A stretch of DNA of 64,000 nucleotides. It comes from Marinicella sp. GTDB taxonomy: Bacteria > Pseudomonadota > Gammaproteobacteria > Xanthomonadales > Marinicellaceae. The translations under genes and the position numbers were made by a program. The stretch is taken from NCBI GenBank assembly GCA_965230295.1, contig OZ246001.1:960001-1024000 (forward strand). The letters run 5' to 3'. This document shows, piece after piece, positions 1-11,597 of this stretch; position 1 is the stretch's first letter, and the number at the start of each line of letters is the position of its first letter. The notes beneath the pieces are model-generated. The model was not told the DNA's origin. It saw nothing but the letters and a program-made list of their open reading frames with translations, and did not search any database.

Positions 1-2
1 AT

Positions 3-1124
3 GGATTTACCACCTATGACCCATCTGAGGACATTAAAATCATTGATTTACGTGACTCATTTGTGATGCCGGGCTTGATGGACATGCATGTGCACTTGCA
101 AGGTCAATTGGGACCCGACAATGACAGGGATGCATTGAAAATGTCCAGCCAGCTCGTTGGTATGCGCACAGTTCACCATGGTAAAAAAACATTGCTGGCT
201 GGTTTCACCACGGTTCGTGATGTAGGCTCTGATTCGCAATACATGTATGCCTATCGAGACGCCATCAACCGTGGTTGGGTTGATGGTCCCCGGATCATTG
301 CTGCTGGCGGTGTGGGCATCACCGGTGGACATGCTGATGTCAGTGGTATCAAACCAGAATTGATGGAATTTTACACCGATCGTTCCATTTGTGACGGTCC
401 TTACGACTGTCGACGTGCTGCCAGAGATGCCATCAAATATGGCGCTGATCTGATTAAAATCACTTCAACAGGTGGTGTGATGACCGATCGGGCCACTGGA
501 ACCGGTCAGCAAATGGAAATGGATGAATTGAAGGAAGTGGTTCTGGCCGCCAAACGCATGGGTAAGAAAGTGGCTTCTCATGCCCACCAAGAAGATGGCA
601 TCATCGCTGCTTTAAAAGCTGGCGTTCACAGCATTGAGCATGGTACTTATACTGGCAAGGAGGCCATTAAGCTATTCAATCAAACGGGCGCTTATCTGGT
701 ACCGACTTTGTTGGCCGGAGAAACCGTGGTCAGACTGGCCAAGACCACCGACATGTTGCCACCCCCGGTAGCGGCCAAAGCCATCAAAGTCGGTGCTGAC
801 ATGCAAGGCAACTTCATCAAATCCTATGAAGGCGGGGTGAAAATCGCTTTCGGTACTGACAGTGGAATCTCACCGCACGGTACCAATGCTGAAGAAGCGG
901 TATTAATGAGTGAAGCGGGTATGCCGAACGATCAAATTTTAGTCAGTGCCACGATCAATGCCGCTGATTTAATTGGTATGAGTAACCAACTGGGCACCCT
1001 TGAGGTTGGCAAACAGGCTGACATCATTGCCACCCAATCATCGCCTATTGAAGACATCAAAGTCTTGTTATCTGTTGATTTTGTGATGAAAGGAGGCAAG
1101 GTATATAAACATGGTGGCCTGTAA
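3..1124 (+). CDS. Amidohydrolase family protein (Xaa-Pro dipeptidase-like metal-dependent hydrolase), 5'-truncated by window edge
   Basis: The frame is open from position 3. It contains MPGLMDMHVH (HxH), GFTTVRDVG, ASHAH, SIEHG and IAFGTDSG, the amidohydrolase metal-binding motifs. Confidence 0.9.
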   Translation, partial: GFTTYDPSEDIKIIDLRDSFVMPGLMDMHVHLQGQLGPDNDRDALKMSSQLVGMRTVHHGKKTLLAGFTTVRDVGSDSQYMYAYRDAINRGWVDGPRIIAAGGVGITGGHADVSGIKPELMEFYTDRSICDGPYDCRRAARDAIKYGADLIKITSTGGVMTDRATGTGQQMEMDELKEVVLAAKRMGKKVASHAHQEDGIIAALKAGVHSIEHGTYTGKEAIKLFNQTGAYLVPTLLAGETVVRLAKTTDMLPPPVAAKAIKVGADMQGNFIKSYEGGVKIAFGTDSGISPHGTNAEEAVLMSEAGMPNDQILVSATINAADLIGMSNQLGTLEVGKQADIIATQSSPIEDIKVLLSVDFVMKGGKVYKHGGL

Positions 1125-1280
1125 TTCAGTGCATCTGAAACAAGACATTAGGTCAAAGCTGACTGGAGACTGAACCACCGCAGGGTGGTTTTGTGAAATT
1201 TGATTCAGTTTTTGCCATCGCTGTATCCAGGGCTGGGTTTGATGTGGACTTGGTGATGAAAGTTGGTTAAGTTCTTAAGC

Positions 1281-2072
1281 ATGAAAAATTATAAACTGCT
1301 GTTATTACTGTTACCTGTTATGTGTGTTGGGCTGACAGCCTGCCAACCGAAAGGTACCACCTTGTATCAACATCCTGATGCACAAAACCACCCCATTGAT
1401 GAGATGGTGGTGGTCATCGATTACCTGAACCTCAGAGATGACATTGGCCAGTATTGGGATTTCGACAGTTATTTTCATCAAAAAATTCTGAATAAACTGC
1501 TGAACGACATTGTTGCAGTCACCCAAGAGGCTGGCTATCCGCCCATTTCAAGTTATCTGTTGTCCAGTGGTTTATTGATGAACAATGAATTCGCTGTAGA
1601 ACATTACATCGATGAAACATTACAGCCAGAACTGCTGTACCCGCCATTTATCATGGCGCAAGAAAACATCCCGGAAGAACACATGCCGCTACACCAGGAA
1701 TTTCTGATCCTGATGGTGAAGTACATCGCCCAAAGACGCCATCATGAAACCGATGAGTTGTCGCACCGTGGCATGCAAATGCCCTATCATTTTGAAAGTT
1801 TAAATCTACCTGAGGACACAGGCATCCTCTATATACATGTGGACTTGTCAGCACCAGGTGCCATCAAACAACTCAGTGGTTTATTGGTATCAGGAGCCAT
1901 TGCCAGCCAATCTGATTATGCTTCGGTTCACATTGATGCTTCTTATAAAAGACATGCCAGTGCTTTTTTGGTGCACAAAGGCAGTGGACAAATCTTGTGG
2001 AAAAACCACTCCAATACCTGGACACCTGAGTCACCCATTGAATCACTGTTAAGTCAATTTCCGCGGCGTTGA
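1281..2072 (+). CDS. Putative lipoprotein, unknown function
   Basis: ATG at 1281 gives MKNYKLLLLLLPVMCVGLTAC, with a lipobox LTAC. Confidence 0.7.
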   Translation: MKNYKLLLLLLPVMCVGLTACQPKGTTLYQHPDAQNHPIDEMVVVIDYLNLRDDIGQYWDFDSYFHQKILNKLLNDIVAVTQEAGYPPISSYLLSSGLLMNNEFAVEHYIDETLQPELLYPPFIMAQENIPEEHMPLHQEFLILMVKYIAQRRHHETDELSHRGMQMPYHFESLNLPEDTGILYIHVDLSAPGAIKQLSGLLVSGAIASQSDYASVHIDASYKRHASAFLVHKGSGQILWKNHSNTWTPESPIESLLSQFPRR

Positions 2073-2073
2073 C

Positions 2074-3219
2074 TTAATCACAACTCACGCCAAAATCTGA
2101 ATAAAAAATTTCATCAGAAACGCCTTGGGGAACCAAGTTTGAAAATGGTATCTGTTGAAACCAAGCGGCGATTTGAGGTGGAATCACCGGTGATGAAAAA
2201 TAATTTCCATTCAGAAAAAATTCATTCATCTGACTCAGGTTACCGAATCCTGCCGGTACCGCCCCTGTTAAACGGTTGTTATTGACATAAAATCCAATCA
2301 GCAAGGTCATTTGAGACCACTCATCAGGAATGGGTCCGCTCAGACCATTGTGGTTGAGGGAAATGAAATCAAATTCCGTTAATGCCCCTAAGGAAGCAGG
2401 TAGGCGGCCGATCAGAAAATTGCGGCTTAAATCCAATTGTTTCAAAGAACTCATGCCACCGATGCACTCAGGGATCCTGCCGATCAAATCATTGTTAGCC
2501 AAAAAGAGGAATTCAAGCTGATTGAGATCAGTGATTGAAGCTGGAATGGCTCCGGTTAGTCCAGCATCAATGGCTGAAAAGTATTCCAGCGATGCCATTT
2601 GAGAAACACTGACTGGTATAGGTTCATTGAATTGATTGCCATCCAACCACAGGTCAGTCAGGTTTGACATACCAGTCACTTGTGACATGACTTGACCGGA
2701 TAATTGGTTGTTTTGTAGTTGTAGAATTTTCAAATCCAGTAAATTCACCCAATCTTCGGGCACATCTCCAGACAACTGATTGTCTCCCAGGATCAAAAAC
2801 TCCAGGCCAGCCAAGTTCCCAAGCCCTTCCGGGATAAAACTGAACAGGCTGTTGCCGGATAAGTTCAGCGAGACCAACTGAGTCAAGTCTTTCATTGTAC
2901 TGGGAATAATCCCATTCAAATTATTATTTCTTAGGTCCAGGAACCAAACATTCTTTTCAACGGCGCCAAAGGCAGATACACCAAACCAACTATCAACATC
3001 GGCGTTGCCCCAATTGGTGTTGTTGGTCCAATTGTCTCCATCGGTGATGTTGTAGAGGTTCACCAATGCATTGCATTCCAAAACAGGGGAATTGATTCCA
3101 GGCTGAAAACAAACTGTATTGAAATCCAAATCTGCTTGTGCCATCCATGTGCACAGCATCATCCCATACATAAAAAACTGTTTTAAAAACCCGGTCTTCA
3201 TGTCACTTATTATCAACAA
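2074..3219 (-). CDS. Secreted leucine-rich repeat protein (plant-RLK-like LRRs)
   Basis: Signal peptide, then an ALVNLYNITDGDNWTNNTNW cap and repeated LxLxxNxLxGxIP units. C-terminus is DEIFYSDFGVSCD. The true start is probably slightly downstream (MKTGF). Confidence 0.85.
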   Translation of the reverse strand: MLIISDMKTGFLKQFFMYGMMLCTWMAQADLDFNTVCFQPGINSPVLECNALVNLYNITDGDNWTNNTNWGNADVDSWFGVSAFGAVEKNVWFLDLRNNNLNGIIPSTMKDLTQLVSLNLSGNSLFSFIPEGLGNLAGLEFLILGDNQLSGDVPEDWVNLLDLKILQLQNNQLSGQVMSQVTGMSNLTDLWLDGNQFNEPIPVSVSQMASLEYFSAIDAGLTGAIPASITDLNQLEFLFLANNDLIGRIPECIGGMSSLKQLDLSRNFLIGRLPASLGALTEFDFISLNHNGLSGPIPDEWSQMTLLIGFYVNNNRLTGAVPAGFGNLSQMNEFFLNGNYFSSPVIPPQIAAWFQQIPFSNLVPQGVSDEIFYSDFGVSCD

Positions 3220-3278
3220 GTGGCGCCAGAATATAAAGCACAGAAAACAATTTCGTACTGACCGTCCAGTGTTACATG

Positions 3279-4172
3279 TTATCCATTGGCTTGACCGATC
3301 AACTGAAGGTACTTATCTGCAATTTGCCCGGCTGTTTGCTCTATATCAGAACGTGAAGAACTGTGAGGAGTCACAGTGATCTTTGGGTGTTGCCAAAAAG
3401 GATGATCCTTGGGCAAGGGTTCTTGCTCGAAAACATCCAACACGGCATGCCTGAGCCGCCCCGAGTCCAAGCCTGCCAGCAATGCCGCTTCATCAACATG
3501 TTTCCCGCGACCTACATTCATCAGCATGACCTCTGGCCGGCACCAAGATATGGAAGTCGCATTGATGATGTGATGGGTCTGTTCGTTAAGTGGCAACAGG
3601 ACAATCAAATACTGACTGTTTTGACAAACGTGTTTGAGCCCTGCACTGCCATGAAAACATGGATGTAGAGGATGCTCTTGTCTATGGGTCCAGGCCATGG
3701 TCCTGAAACCCAAATCTGCACAGCGGTCGGCCACAAAGGTACCCAATTGCCCCAGCCCCAAAACCCCAACTGTTGGCATGGCGTCATCCGACTCGAGAAC
3801 TTGCCAAACTTGAGATTGTTGTTGCAGTAGATATGCATGTTGGTGGCGGTGGTCATTGAGGATGTGTTGTAACACATATTGGGCCATGTTTTGTTGTAAA
3901 GCCAGGGTAACAATGCGACCAGTACGAATGTTTACAGGTAAACGGGAATCGGCTTCTATATGATCCATACCGGCACCCATTGAAACCACCATTTTCAATT
4001 CTTTCATGGGGTCAGTGATGCCCTCAGGGTGATTCCAAAGGACTGCTAATTTAACTTGTTCAGGGTGGTTGATGTCAGGCCATTGTTGGATGTCAACTTC
4101 AGGCAGCAGCCGACTTATGCTTTGACACAAGTGATCTGTGTTGCGGTCGGTGATGATGACCGCAATACTCAT
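3279..4172 (-). CDS. ghrA: Glyoxylate/hydroxypyruvate reductase A-like D-2-hydroxyacid dehydrogenase
   Basis: SMGAGMDH, GVLGLGQLG Rossmann motif, NVGRG, LDVFEQEPLP and VTPH motifs. Confidence 0.8.
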   Translation of the reverse strand: MSIAVIITDRNTDHLCQSISRLLPEVDIQQWPDINHPEQVKLAVLWNHPEGITDPMKELKMVVSMGAGMDHIEADSRLPVNIRTGRIVTLALQQNMAQYVLQHILNDHRHQHAYLLQQQSQVWQVLESDDAMPTVGVLGLGQLGTFVADRCADLGFRTMAWTHRQEHPLHPCFHGSAGLKHVCQNSQYLIVLLPLNEQTHHIINATSISWCRPEVMLMNVGRGKHVDEAALLAGLDSGRLRHAVLDVFEQEPLPKDHPFWQHPKITVTPHSSSRSDIEQTAGQIADKYLQLIGQANG

Positions 4173-4642
4173 GCCTTGGCTAAGAACTCTAAATGTTTGA
4201 GTGCGCGCTTATAGACGTTTTTCTTAAAGTGTATAACATTTTCAGCCGGGTACCAGAAATTAACCCATCGAAAGGCTTCAAACTCAGGCTTACTGGTTTT
4301 ATTGAAATCAACTTTCGATTCGTCTTCTAATAACCTCAACAAGTAATACACTTGCTTTTGCCCAACAAATGACGGGTCAGAATCACGTTTGTGGAATTTT
4401 TTGGGTAACTGGTATTTTAACCAGCCGGGAGTCGAACCCAAAACGTCCACGTGGTGGGGTTTTAAACCCACTTCTTCGTATAATTCCCTGAACATGGCCT
4501 CTTCCGGGGATTCGTCGTTATTTATACCCCCTTGCGGAAATTGCCAACCATTTCCTCTGGTTCGCTTGGCCCAAAACACTTGACCTTCATTGTCGAGCAA
4601 GATGATGCCCACATTGGGCCTAAAACCATCTCGATCAATCAT
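4169..4642 (-). CDS. rppH: RNA pyrophosphohydrolase
   Basis: MIDRDGFRPNVGIIL N-terminus, WQFPQGG and Nudix box ESPEEAMFRELYEEVG. Confidence 0.95.
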   Translation of the reverse strand: MIDRDGFRPNVGIILLDNEGQVFWAKRTRGNGWQFPQGGINNDESPEEAMFRELYEEVGLKPHHVDVLGSTPGWLKYQLPKKFHKRDSDPSFVGQKQVYYLLRLLEDESKVDFNKTSKPEFEAFRWVNFWYPAENVIHFKKNVYKRALKHLEFLAKA

Positions 4643-4852
4643 GATGACATAAAATTTTTAAACTGAGTCTATTGTTTCAAAAAAATGAAACTTGAGCAAG
4701 CAGTTTAAAGCAAACAGAAAATAATGTGCATTACCACACAACACTTGAATGGCACCTCCAGATCGTCGCTCAACCATTCAGTAAACAGGGTATACATCCC
4801 CCAAAGGCCCAATTCATGCTATCATAATAACCGTGTGAAAAAGCGGTGTGTG

Positions 4853-5998
4853 ATGTTAAGTGATGACAACAGTCATGATTACTATGCAGAACAAATGCAT
4901 GTGATCAAAAAATGGGCGCTCAATTTGGGTGCCATATATTTGGTGCTGTTTTGTGTTGTTGATTACTACCGTTACACAGGTGCCTCTCTAGAACAAGCCA
5001 TGATTGCCAGATTTATCTTTATGGTGATACCCATGGTTGTCGTTCTGGGCATTTTCTATAACCAAAAAAAATTAAACGTCAGCGTCCAACAGTTTGATTG
5101 GGTTGCTTTTGTTGTGATCATTGCGGTGGGCATTGGCCATTCAAGGATCATCGAAATAGGTGCCAATAACGCCATGTTTTTCCCCAGGATTGGTTTGACC
5201 ATCGTATTGATATATTCCGGTTTGTTATTAGCACTGCCCATCAGCAAAGCCATATTCAGTTCTTTAACCATCATTGCCATTGCGGCATTCACTTATTACA
5301 AAACAGGCATGAACGGTGGGGAAATTGCCTCATTGGTGTTCTTTTATTTGGTTTTTGCCAGTTGTTGTATATTCATGAACCATGTGTTCACCAAGATACT
5401 GAATGCCAATTACAGCTTGATCAAAGTGATCGATCACCAAGCCAACTCTGACTATCTGACCAAGTTATTCAATCGCCGTTATTTTTATGTTCAATCTGTA
5501 AAAATTTATAAACAATCAATCAGGGACAAAACACCGCTGGCTTTTCTGCTGGTTGACTTGGACAACTTCAAAGCCATCAATGATGAAAAAGGTCATAAGT
5601 ATGGTGATACCGTGTTGGTCAAAGTGAGCGAAGTCTTACAACGACATTGTCGGCGTCCCTTGGACATCGCAGCCAGATTAGGCGGTGATGAATTTGTTCT
5701 TTTACTGCATGACACCACCACCAGGCACATCGAAGAAGTGTGTGGCAGCATCATCAGTGACATCAATGAAATTGGTGTTGAAATCAAACGCAGAAACAAC
5801 AGCCTGGATTTAGGTTCTTCAATTGGTGTGGCCTTTAAGGAAAGCGATTCTCAAGTCAATGTGAAAGCCATGATGAACATGGCTGATAAAGCCTTGTATC
5901 ACGTTAAACACCACGGCAAAAATAACTACTGTATCAAAGCCCCTAAAAAAGAGTTGATTTTTTCCGGGAAGAAAATGGATCATTTGAAATTGGTCTGA
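4853..5998 (+). CDS. Membrane-bound diguanylate cyclase (GGDEF)
   Basis: Several N-terminal TM helices, DLDNFKAIND..GH..GD, an RPLD I-site and RLGGDEF. The start codon is uncertain (ORF track gives 4724). Confidence 0.88.
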   Translation: MLSDDNSHDYYAEQMHVIKKWALNLGAIYLVLFCVVDYYRYTGASLEQAMIARFIFMVIPMVVVLGIFYNQKKLNVSVQQFDWVAFVVIIAVGIGHSRIIEIGANNAMFFPRIGLTIVLIYSGLLLALPISKAIFSSLTIIAIAAFTYYKTGMNGGEIASLVFFYLVFASCCIFMNHVFTKILNANYSLIKVIDHQANSDYLTKLFNRRYFYVQSVKIYKQSIRDKTPLAFLLVDLDNFKAINDEKGHKYGDTVLVKVSEVLQRHCRRPLDIAARLGGDEFVLLLHDTTTRHIEEVCGSIISDINEIGVEIKRRNNSLDLGSSIGVAFKESDSQVNVKAMMNMADKALYHVKHHGKNNYCIKAPKKELIFSGKKMDHLKLV

Positions 5999-6060
5999 CT
6001 GACCCGGTAAACGGAACCCACCCTGCTCAGTGACACCAAACAGGGCAGAAACTTCATGGT

Positions 6061-6996
6061 TTAAAACCCGTAACCAAACTCATCCAGGAATTTTTGACGA
6101 AAATCTTTCTTAGAAATGTAATGGTTTTGAGTGCCAGCAGTGGCAATTTTTATGCTCCCCAATAAAGAAGCAATGCGACCAGTGGTTTGAAAATCCAAAC
6201 CATTGGTCAAGCCATACAACAGGCCTGCACGGTAAGCATCTCCACAACCTGTGGGATCAACCACTTTTTCTGCCTTAACCACAGGGATGTGATACATGGT
6301 GCCATCGGCATATATTTCCGAGCCTTTTTCACCACGGGTTACGATCAAAGCATCCAGGTGCTTGGCAATTTCACGGGCATCCATACCGGTTCGATCATGC
6401 ACCAACTCATACTCATAATCATTCACTGCCATCCAAGTGGCTTGCTCAATGAACTGCTTCAAGTCATCGCCATCGAACAAAGGCATGGCCTGACCTGGAT
6501 CAAAAATAAACGGAATACCTGAATCGGCAAATTCGGTGGCATGCTGAATCATGCCATCTCTGCCATCTGGGCCAACGATTCCAATAGCAATGTCATCATA
6601 ATCTTTGACATGATTTTCATGAGAACAGTTCATGGCGCCCGGGTGGAAAGCGGTGATTTGGTTGTTCTTCATATCGGTGGTGATATAAGCTTGTGGAGTA
6701 AAGTAGCTTTCTTTTATTTTGATGGCTTCTAATGAAACGCCTAAACTTTGTAACCTTTGTCCGTAAACATCGAAATCTCCACCCACAACACCCATGGGTA
6801 CAGGAGTGCCACCAATCATCTTTAAATTATAAGCGATGTTGCCTGCCACACCACCAAACACCCGACTCAATGTGGGCACCATAAAGGATATATTCAGTTT
6901 GTGTATTTGGTCTGGCAAAATATGATTGGCAAATTCATCTTCGAATACCATGATGTTGTCGAAGGCCAATGACCCACAAATTAACGCTCTACTCAT
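6061..6996 (-). CDS. PfkB family carbohydrate/nucleoside (adenosine) kinase
   Basis: GSLAFDNIM, GGVAGNIAY, FDPGQ and DPTGCGDAYRAG, the PfkB signature. Confidence 0.88.
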   Translation of the reverse strand: MSRALICGSLAFDNIMVFEDEFANHILPDQIHKLNISFMVPTLSRVFGGVAGNIAYNLKMIGGTPVPMGVVGGDFDVYGQRLQSLGVSLEAIKIKESYFTPQAYITTDMKNNQITAFHPGAMNCSHENHVKDYDDIAIGIVGPDGRDGMIQHATEFADSGIPFIFDPGQAMPLFDGDDLKQFIEQATWMAVNDYEYELVHDRTGMDAREIAKHLDALIVTRGEKGSEIYADGTMYHIPVVKAEKVVDPTGCGDAYRAGLLYGLTNGLDFQTTGRIASLLGSIKIATAGTQNHYISKKDFRQKFLDEFGYGF

Positions 6997-7116
6997 TAAA
7001 AGAAACCTCAGAATAATTAGTTAGAATTTCTGTCAAACAGAAAAAGCGCCTATCTTACCATGTAGCAGTCATGTTCTTTATAAAATATACCTGCGTGAAA
7101 ATCAATCGACCCAAGG

Positions 7117-7215
7117 GCTGAAGTTGTTACGGTCTGTCTCATCGTTGCTTGTCTCGTGAAGGACTTGCCATTCACTTCTACGAGGCGCCTTGATCAAGCC
7201 CGTAACAACTTCAGC
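7117..7215. repeat. Palindromic intergenic element with perfect 16-bp terminal inverted repeat
   Basis: GCTGAAGTTGTTACGG (7117-7132) and CCGTAACAACTTCAGC (7200-7215) enclose an inner imperfect hairpin. Confidence 0.75.
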
Positions 7216-7228
7216 AGAAACCCTCAAA

Positions 7229-8680
7229 TCACTCTGGAGTTTCTTGTAAAAATTCCTCTAATAATTGTTTGGTTTGCACTGGATTGGCCTGTCCTTTGGT
7301 TTGTTTCATGATTTGGCCAACAAAATAATTGAACATCTTATCATTGCCGCCCCGGTAACTGGCCACTTGATCCGGGTTGGCATCAATCACTTGTTTAACC
7401 AATTCGGTTAAGGCCGATGCATCAGATATTTGTGCCAAACCTTGGTTGCTGATGATGTCAGCAGCCGATTCACCGCTGTCCCACATGTCTTCAAGTACTT
7501 GCTTGGCCACCTTTCTCGATATGCTGCCATCAGCCACCTGATCCAACAGGCCGGCATAAGCCTTGGCATCAATTGGGCTGTTGGTGATGGAAGCACTTTG
7601 GGTATTGAGCAAGGCGCTGAATTCGCCCAGTAAAAACTTGGCATTCAAATCGGCAGCGGCTTTTGATTGGGCATCACTTTGTTCAAAGTATTGTGACATT
7701 TGCATGTCGTTTGCAATGATTTCGGCATCATCAGCCTTGATCCCCATGGTCTCAACATAGCGTTTGATTTTTGCTTCAGGAAATTCAGGCAAATGGGCTT
7801 TTTGCGTTTCCACCATTTCCCGCGGAATACTGATGGGCAGTTGATCAGGGTCTGGAAAATACCGGTAATCATTGGCATTCTCTTTGCTGCGCATTGAGCG
7901 TGTCTGGTCCTTATCGGCATCATACAATCGTGTTTCTTGAACCACAGATCCACCCGATTCAAGAATTTTAATCTGTCGTTTGGCCTCATGGTTGATGGCC
8001 TTTTCAATAAACCTGAATGAATTCAGGTTTTTAATCTCCGCTCGGGTGCCCAATTCATTTTGACCCACCGGGCGCACTGAAACATTGGCATCACAACGGA
8101 ATGACCCCTCTTGTAAGTTACCATCACAGATACCCAAGTGCGTCACTCGGGTATAAATTTCTCGCATGTAAGCCACCGCTTCTTTGGCATTTGACATCTG
8201 TGGCTCAGATACCACTTCAATCAATGGCGTTCCGGCTCGATTCAAATCAATTGCAGAGTATTGGTCGTACTTATCATGGATAGATTTACCCGCATCTTCT
8301 TCCAAATGGGCGCGGGTAATCTCAATGGTTTTGTCTCCATTTTCAGTCTTGATCACGATGTGGCCCTTGCCGACTATGGGGTCGTCCATTTGACTGATTT
8401 GATACCCTTTGGGCAAATCCGGATAAAAGTAATTTTTCCTGGCAAATACCGTCACTTCAGGAATTTCGGCATCAACCGACAAACCAAACCGAATGGCATA
8501 TTCCAATGCTTTTTGATTGATGACAGGTAAGGTTCCAGGCAAGCCTGCATCCAAGAAACTGACTTGAGAGTTGGGCGCCGCACCATAACTGGCTTTCATC
8601 CCGGAAAACAACTTGCTGTTGGTGTCTAAGCGCACATGAATTTCCAGACCAATCACCATTTCCCATTGTTGCTGGCTCAT
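7229..8680 (-). CDS. gatB: Asp/Glu-tRNA amidotransferase subunit B
   Basis: VIGLEIHVRL, RKNYFYPDLPKGYQISQ, HLEEDAGKS and GSFRCDANVS. Confidence 0.97.
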   Translation of the reverse strand: MSQQQWEMVIGLEIHVRLDTNSKLFSGMKASYGAAPNSQVSFLDAGLPGTLPVINQKALEYAIRFGLSVDAEIPEVTVFARKNYFYPDLPKGYQISQMDDPIVGKGHIVIKTENGDKTIEITRAHLEEDAGKSIHDKYDQYSAIDLNRAGTPLIEVVSEPQMSNAKEAVAYMREIYTRVTHLGICDGNLQEGSFRCDANVSVRPVGQNELGTRAEIKNLNSFRFIEKAINHEAKRQIKILESGGSVVQETRLYDADKDQTRSMRSKENANDYRYFPDPDQLPISIPREMVETQKAHLPEFPEAKIKRYVETMGIKADDAEIIANDMQMSQYFEQSDAQSKAAADLNAKFLLGEFSALLNTQSASITNSPIDAKAYAGLLDQVADGSISRKVAKQVLEDMWDSGESAADIISNQGLAQISDASALTELVKQVIDANPDQVASYRGGNDKMFNYFVGQIMKQTKGQANPVQTKQLLEEFLQETPE

Positions 8681-10125
8681 AAGAACGCCTCCGGCACCTG
8701 CAAATGATGTGTTGTTTGTTGTTGGTATTTATCTGCCACAGACAAAATGCCCTGTTCATCGAAATACCGGCCAATCAACTGCAGGCCCACGGGTAAACCG
8801 CCACTGAAACCAATCGGCATAGATAAGCAAGGCAACCCAGCCAATGAAGCCGGGATGGTGAACTGATCGGCTTGATACATGCTGACACCGTCTGTTTTTT
8901 CGCCATGTTTAAATGCCACCTCTGGTGTCACTGGACAAGCCATCAAATCAACATCGGCAAATGCTTTTTTAAAATCATCACTGATCAGGCGTCTGACTTT
9001 CTGTGCTTTCAAATAATAAGCATCGTAATAGCCAGAAGACAAAGCCCAGGCACCAATCATGATGCGTTTTTGTACCTCTTCACCGAACCCTTCAGAACGA
9101 CTGTGTCGGTATAGTGATTCTAAATCGCCAATTTGTTTTGTTTGATGGCCAAATCGCACGCCATCAAAACGAGACAAATTGGATGAACATTCAGCAGGGG
9201 CTAAAATATAATACGCAGATACAGCCAGGTCAGCATGAGGTAATTCAATGTCTACGATTTCAGCGCCTTGGCTTTTAAAATGTGCCATGGCATCCAATGT
9301 GACCTTTTTGATGCCTTCGTCTTGCAAAGCATCTATCCAGGCACTGACCACGCCCACTTTCAAACCTGATAATTCTGGCGTAGATGGTTTCTGCCAAGAA
9401 AATTGGGGTTGTTGTGCAGATGTTGAGTCCATTACATCATGTCCTGACATGGCAGACAACACCAAGCCACAATCATCAGCCCTCGGTGCCATCACACCAC
9501 CCTGGTCCAATGAAGAAGCAAAGGCCACCATGCCGTAACGAGAGACCCTGCCATAACTGGGCTTGATGCCAGTGATGCCGCAAAAGGCTGCGGGTTGCCT
9601 GATTGATCCACCGGTATCTGTACCCGTGGCTATGGGCGTCATTCTGGCGGCCACTGCTGCTGCCGAACCACCGGAAGAACCTCCTGGAACACGGTCCTGT
9701 GCCCAAGGATTGATCGCTGCACCAAAAGCAGAATGCTCATTGGAAGATCCCATGGCAAATTCATCCATATTGGCTTTACCTAAAGACACCATGCCTTGAT
9801 CAGACAGTTTTTGTACCACAGTGGCGTTGTATGGTGGGATGAACTCACTGAGCATCTTGGACCCACAGGTGGTTTTTACACCCTCGGTACAAAATAAATC
9901 TTTGTGGACCAATGGAATACCTGCCAACATGGATTCATTTGATGAGACCAAAGACTGCGCTTGCATCACTTCGGCTGCGTTTAATTCAGGGTTGAGCGTA
10001 ATCAATGCGTGGATGTTTGGGTTGAATGCTTTGGCGCGGTCATAATACAAACCACACAATTCTTGCACACTGATTTGCTTGGCAGCCAGCATGGCTGACA
10101 TTTCGCGTATACTGAGGTTGATCAT
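8677..10125 (-). CDS. gatA: Asp/Glu-tRNA amidotransferase subunit A
   Basis: Amidase signature GKANMDEFAMGSS, PGGSSGGSAAAV and GTDTGGSIRQPA. Confidence 0.97.
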   Translation of the reverse strand: MINLSIREMSAMLAAKQISVQELCGLYYDRAKAFNPNIHALITLNPELNAAEVMQAQSLVSSNESMLAGIPLVHKDLFCTEGVKTTCGSKMLSEFIPPYNATVVQKLSDQGMVSLGKANMDEFAMGSSNEHSAFGAAINPWAQDRVPGGSSGGSAAAVAARMTPIATGTDTGGSIRQPAAFCGITGIKPSYGRVSRYGMVAFASSLDQGGVMAPRADDCGLVLSAMSGHDVMDSTSAQQPQFSWQKPSTPELSGLKVGVVSAWIDALQDEGIKKVTLDAMAHFKSQGAEIVDIELPHADLAVSAYYILAPAECSSNLSRFDGVRFGHQTKQIGDLESLYRHSRSEGFGEEVQKRIMIGAWALSSGYYDAYYLKAQKVRRLISDDFKKAFADVDLMACPVTPEVAFKHGEKTDGVSMYQADQFTIPASLAGLPCLSMPIGFSGGLPVGLQLIGRYFDEQGILSVADKYQQQTTHHLQVPEAFL

Positions 10126-10409
10126 TCAATCACCTTAGGAACCAAATAGTGGTCATCATCGGCATGCGCAGCCAATGCCAACAAAGCCTGTTTATGAGAG
10201 GAATCAGTGACTGTATCTTGACGGGTCATTTGCCATGCATCATTGGGATGAGCCATGGGTTTAATGGCCGTTGTATTGGCGTCATTGACGTGCTCAATCA
10301 TGTCCATCACTTGATTCAATGAAGCAGTGATCTCACTGACTTGATCATCAGGTATATTCAGCTGCGCCAAGGCAGCAATTTCTTCTAATTCTTTACGATT
10401 AATTGACAT
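10122..10409 (-). CDS. gatC: Asp/Glu-tRNA amidotransferase subunit C
   Basis: 95 aa, IAALAQL..., YLVPKVIE C-terminus, directly upstream of gatA. Confidence 0.93.
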   Translation of the reverse strand: MSINRKELEEIAALAQLNIPDDQVSEITASLNQVMDMIEHVNDANTTAIKPMAHPNDAWQMTRQDTVTDSSHKQALLALAAHADDDHYLVPKVIE

Positions 10410-10433
10410 TTAGGTAGTAGGATTCATATATAA

Positions 10434-11564
<1,131 letters not shown>

Positions 11565-11597
11565 TTTGAACATGAAAACAACCACGTTTTATTTTCA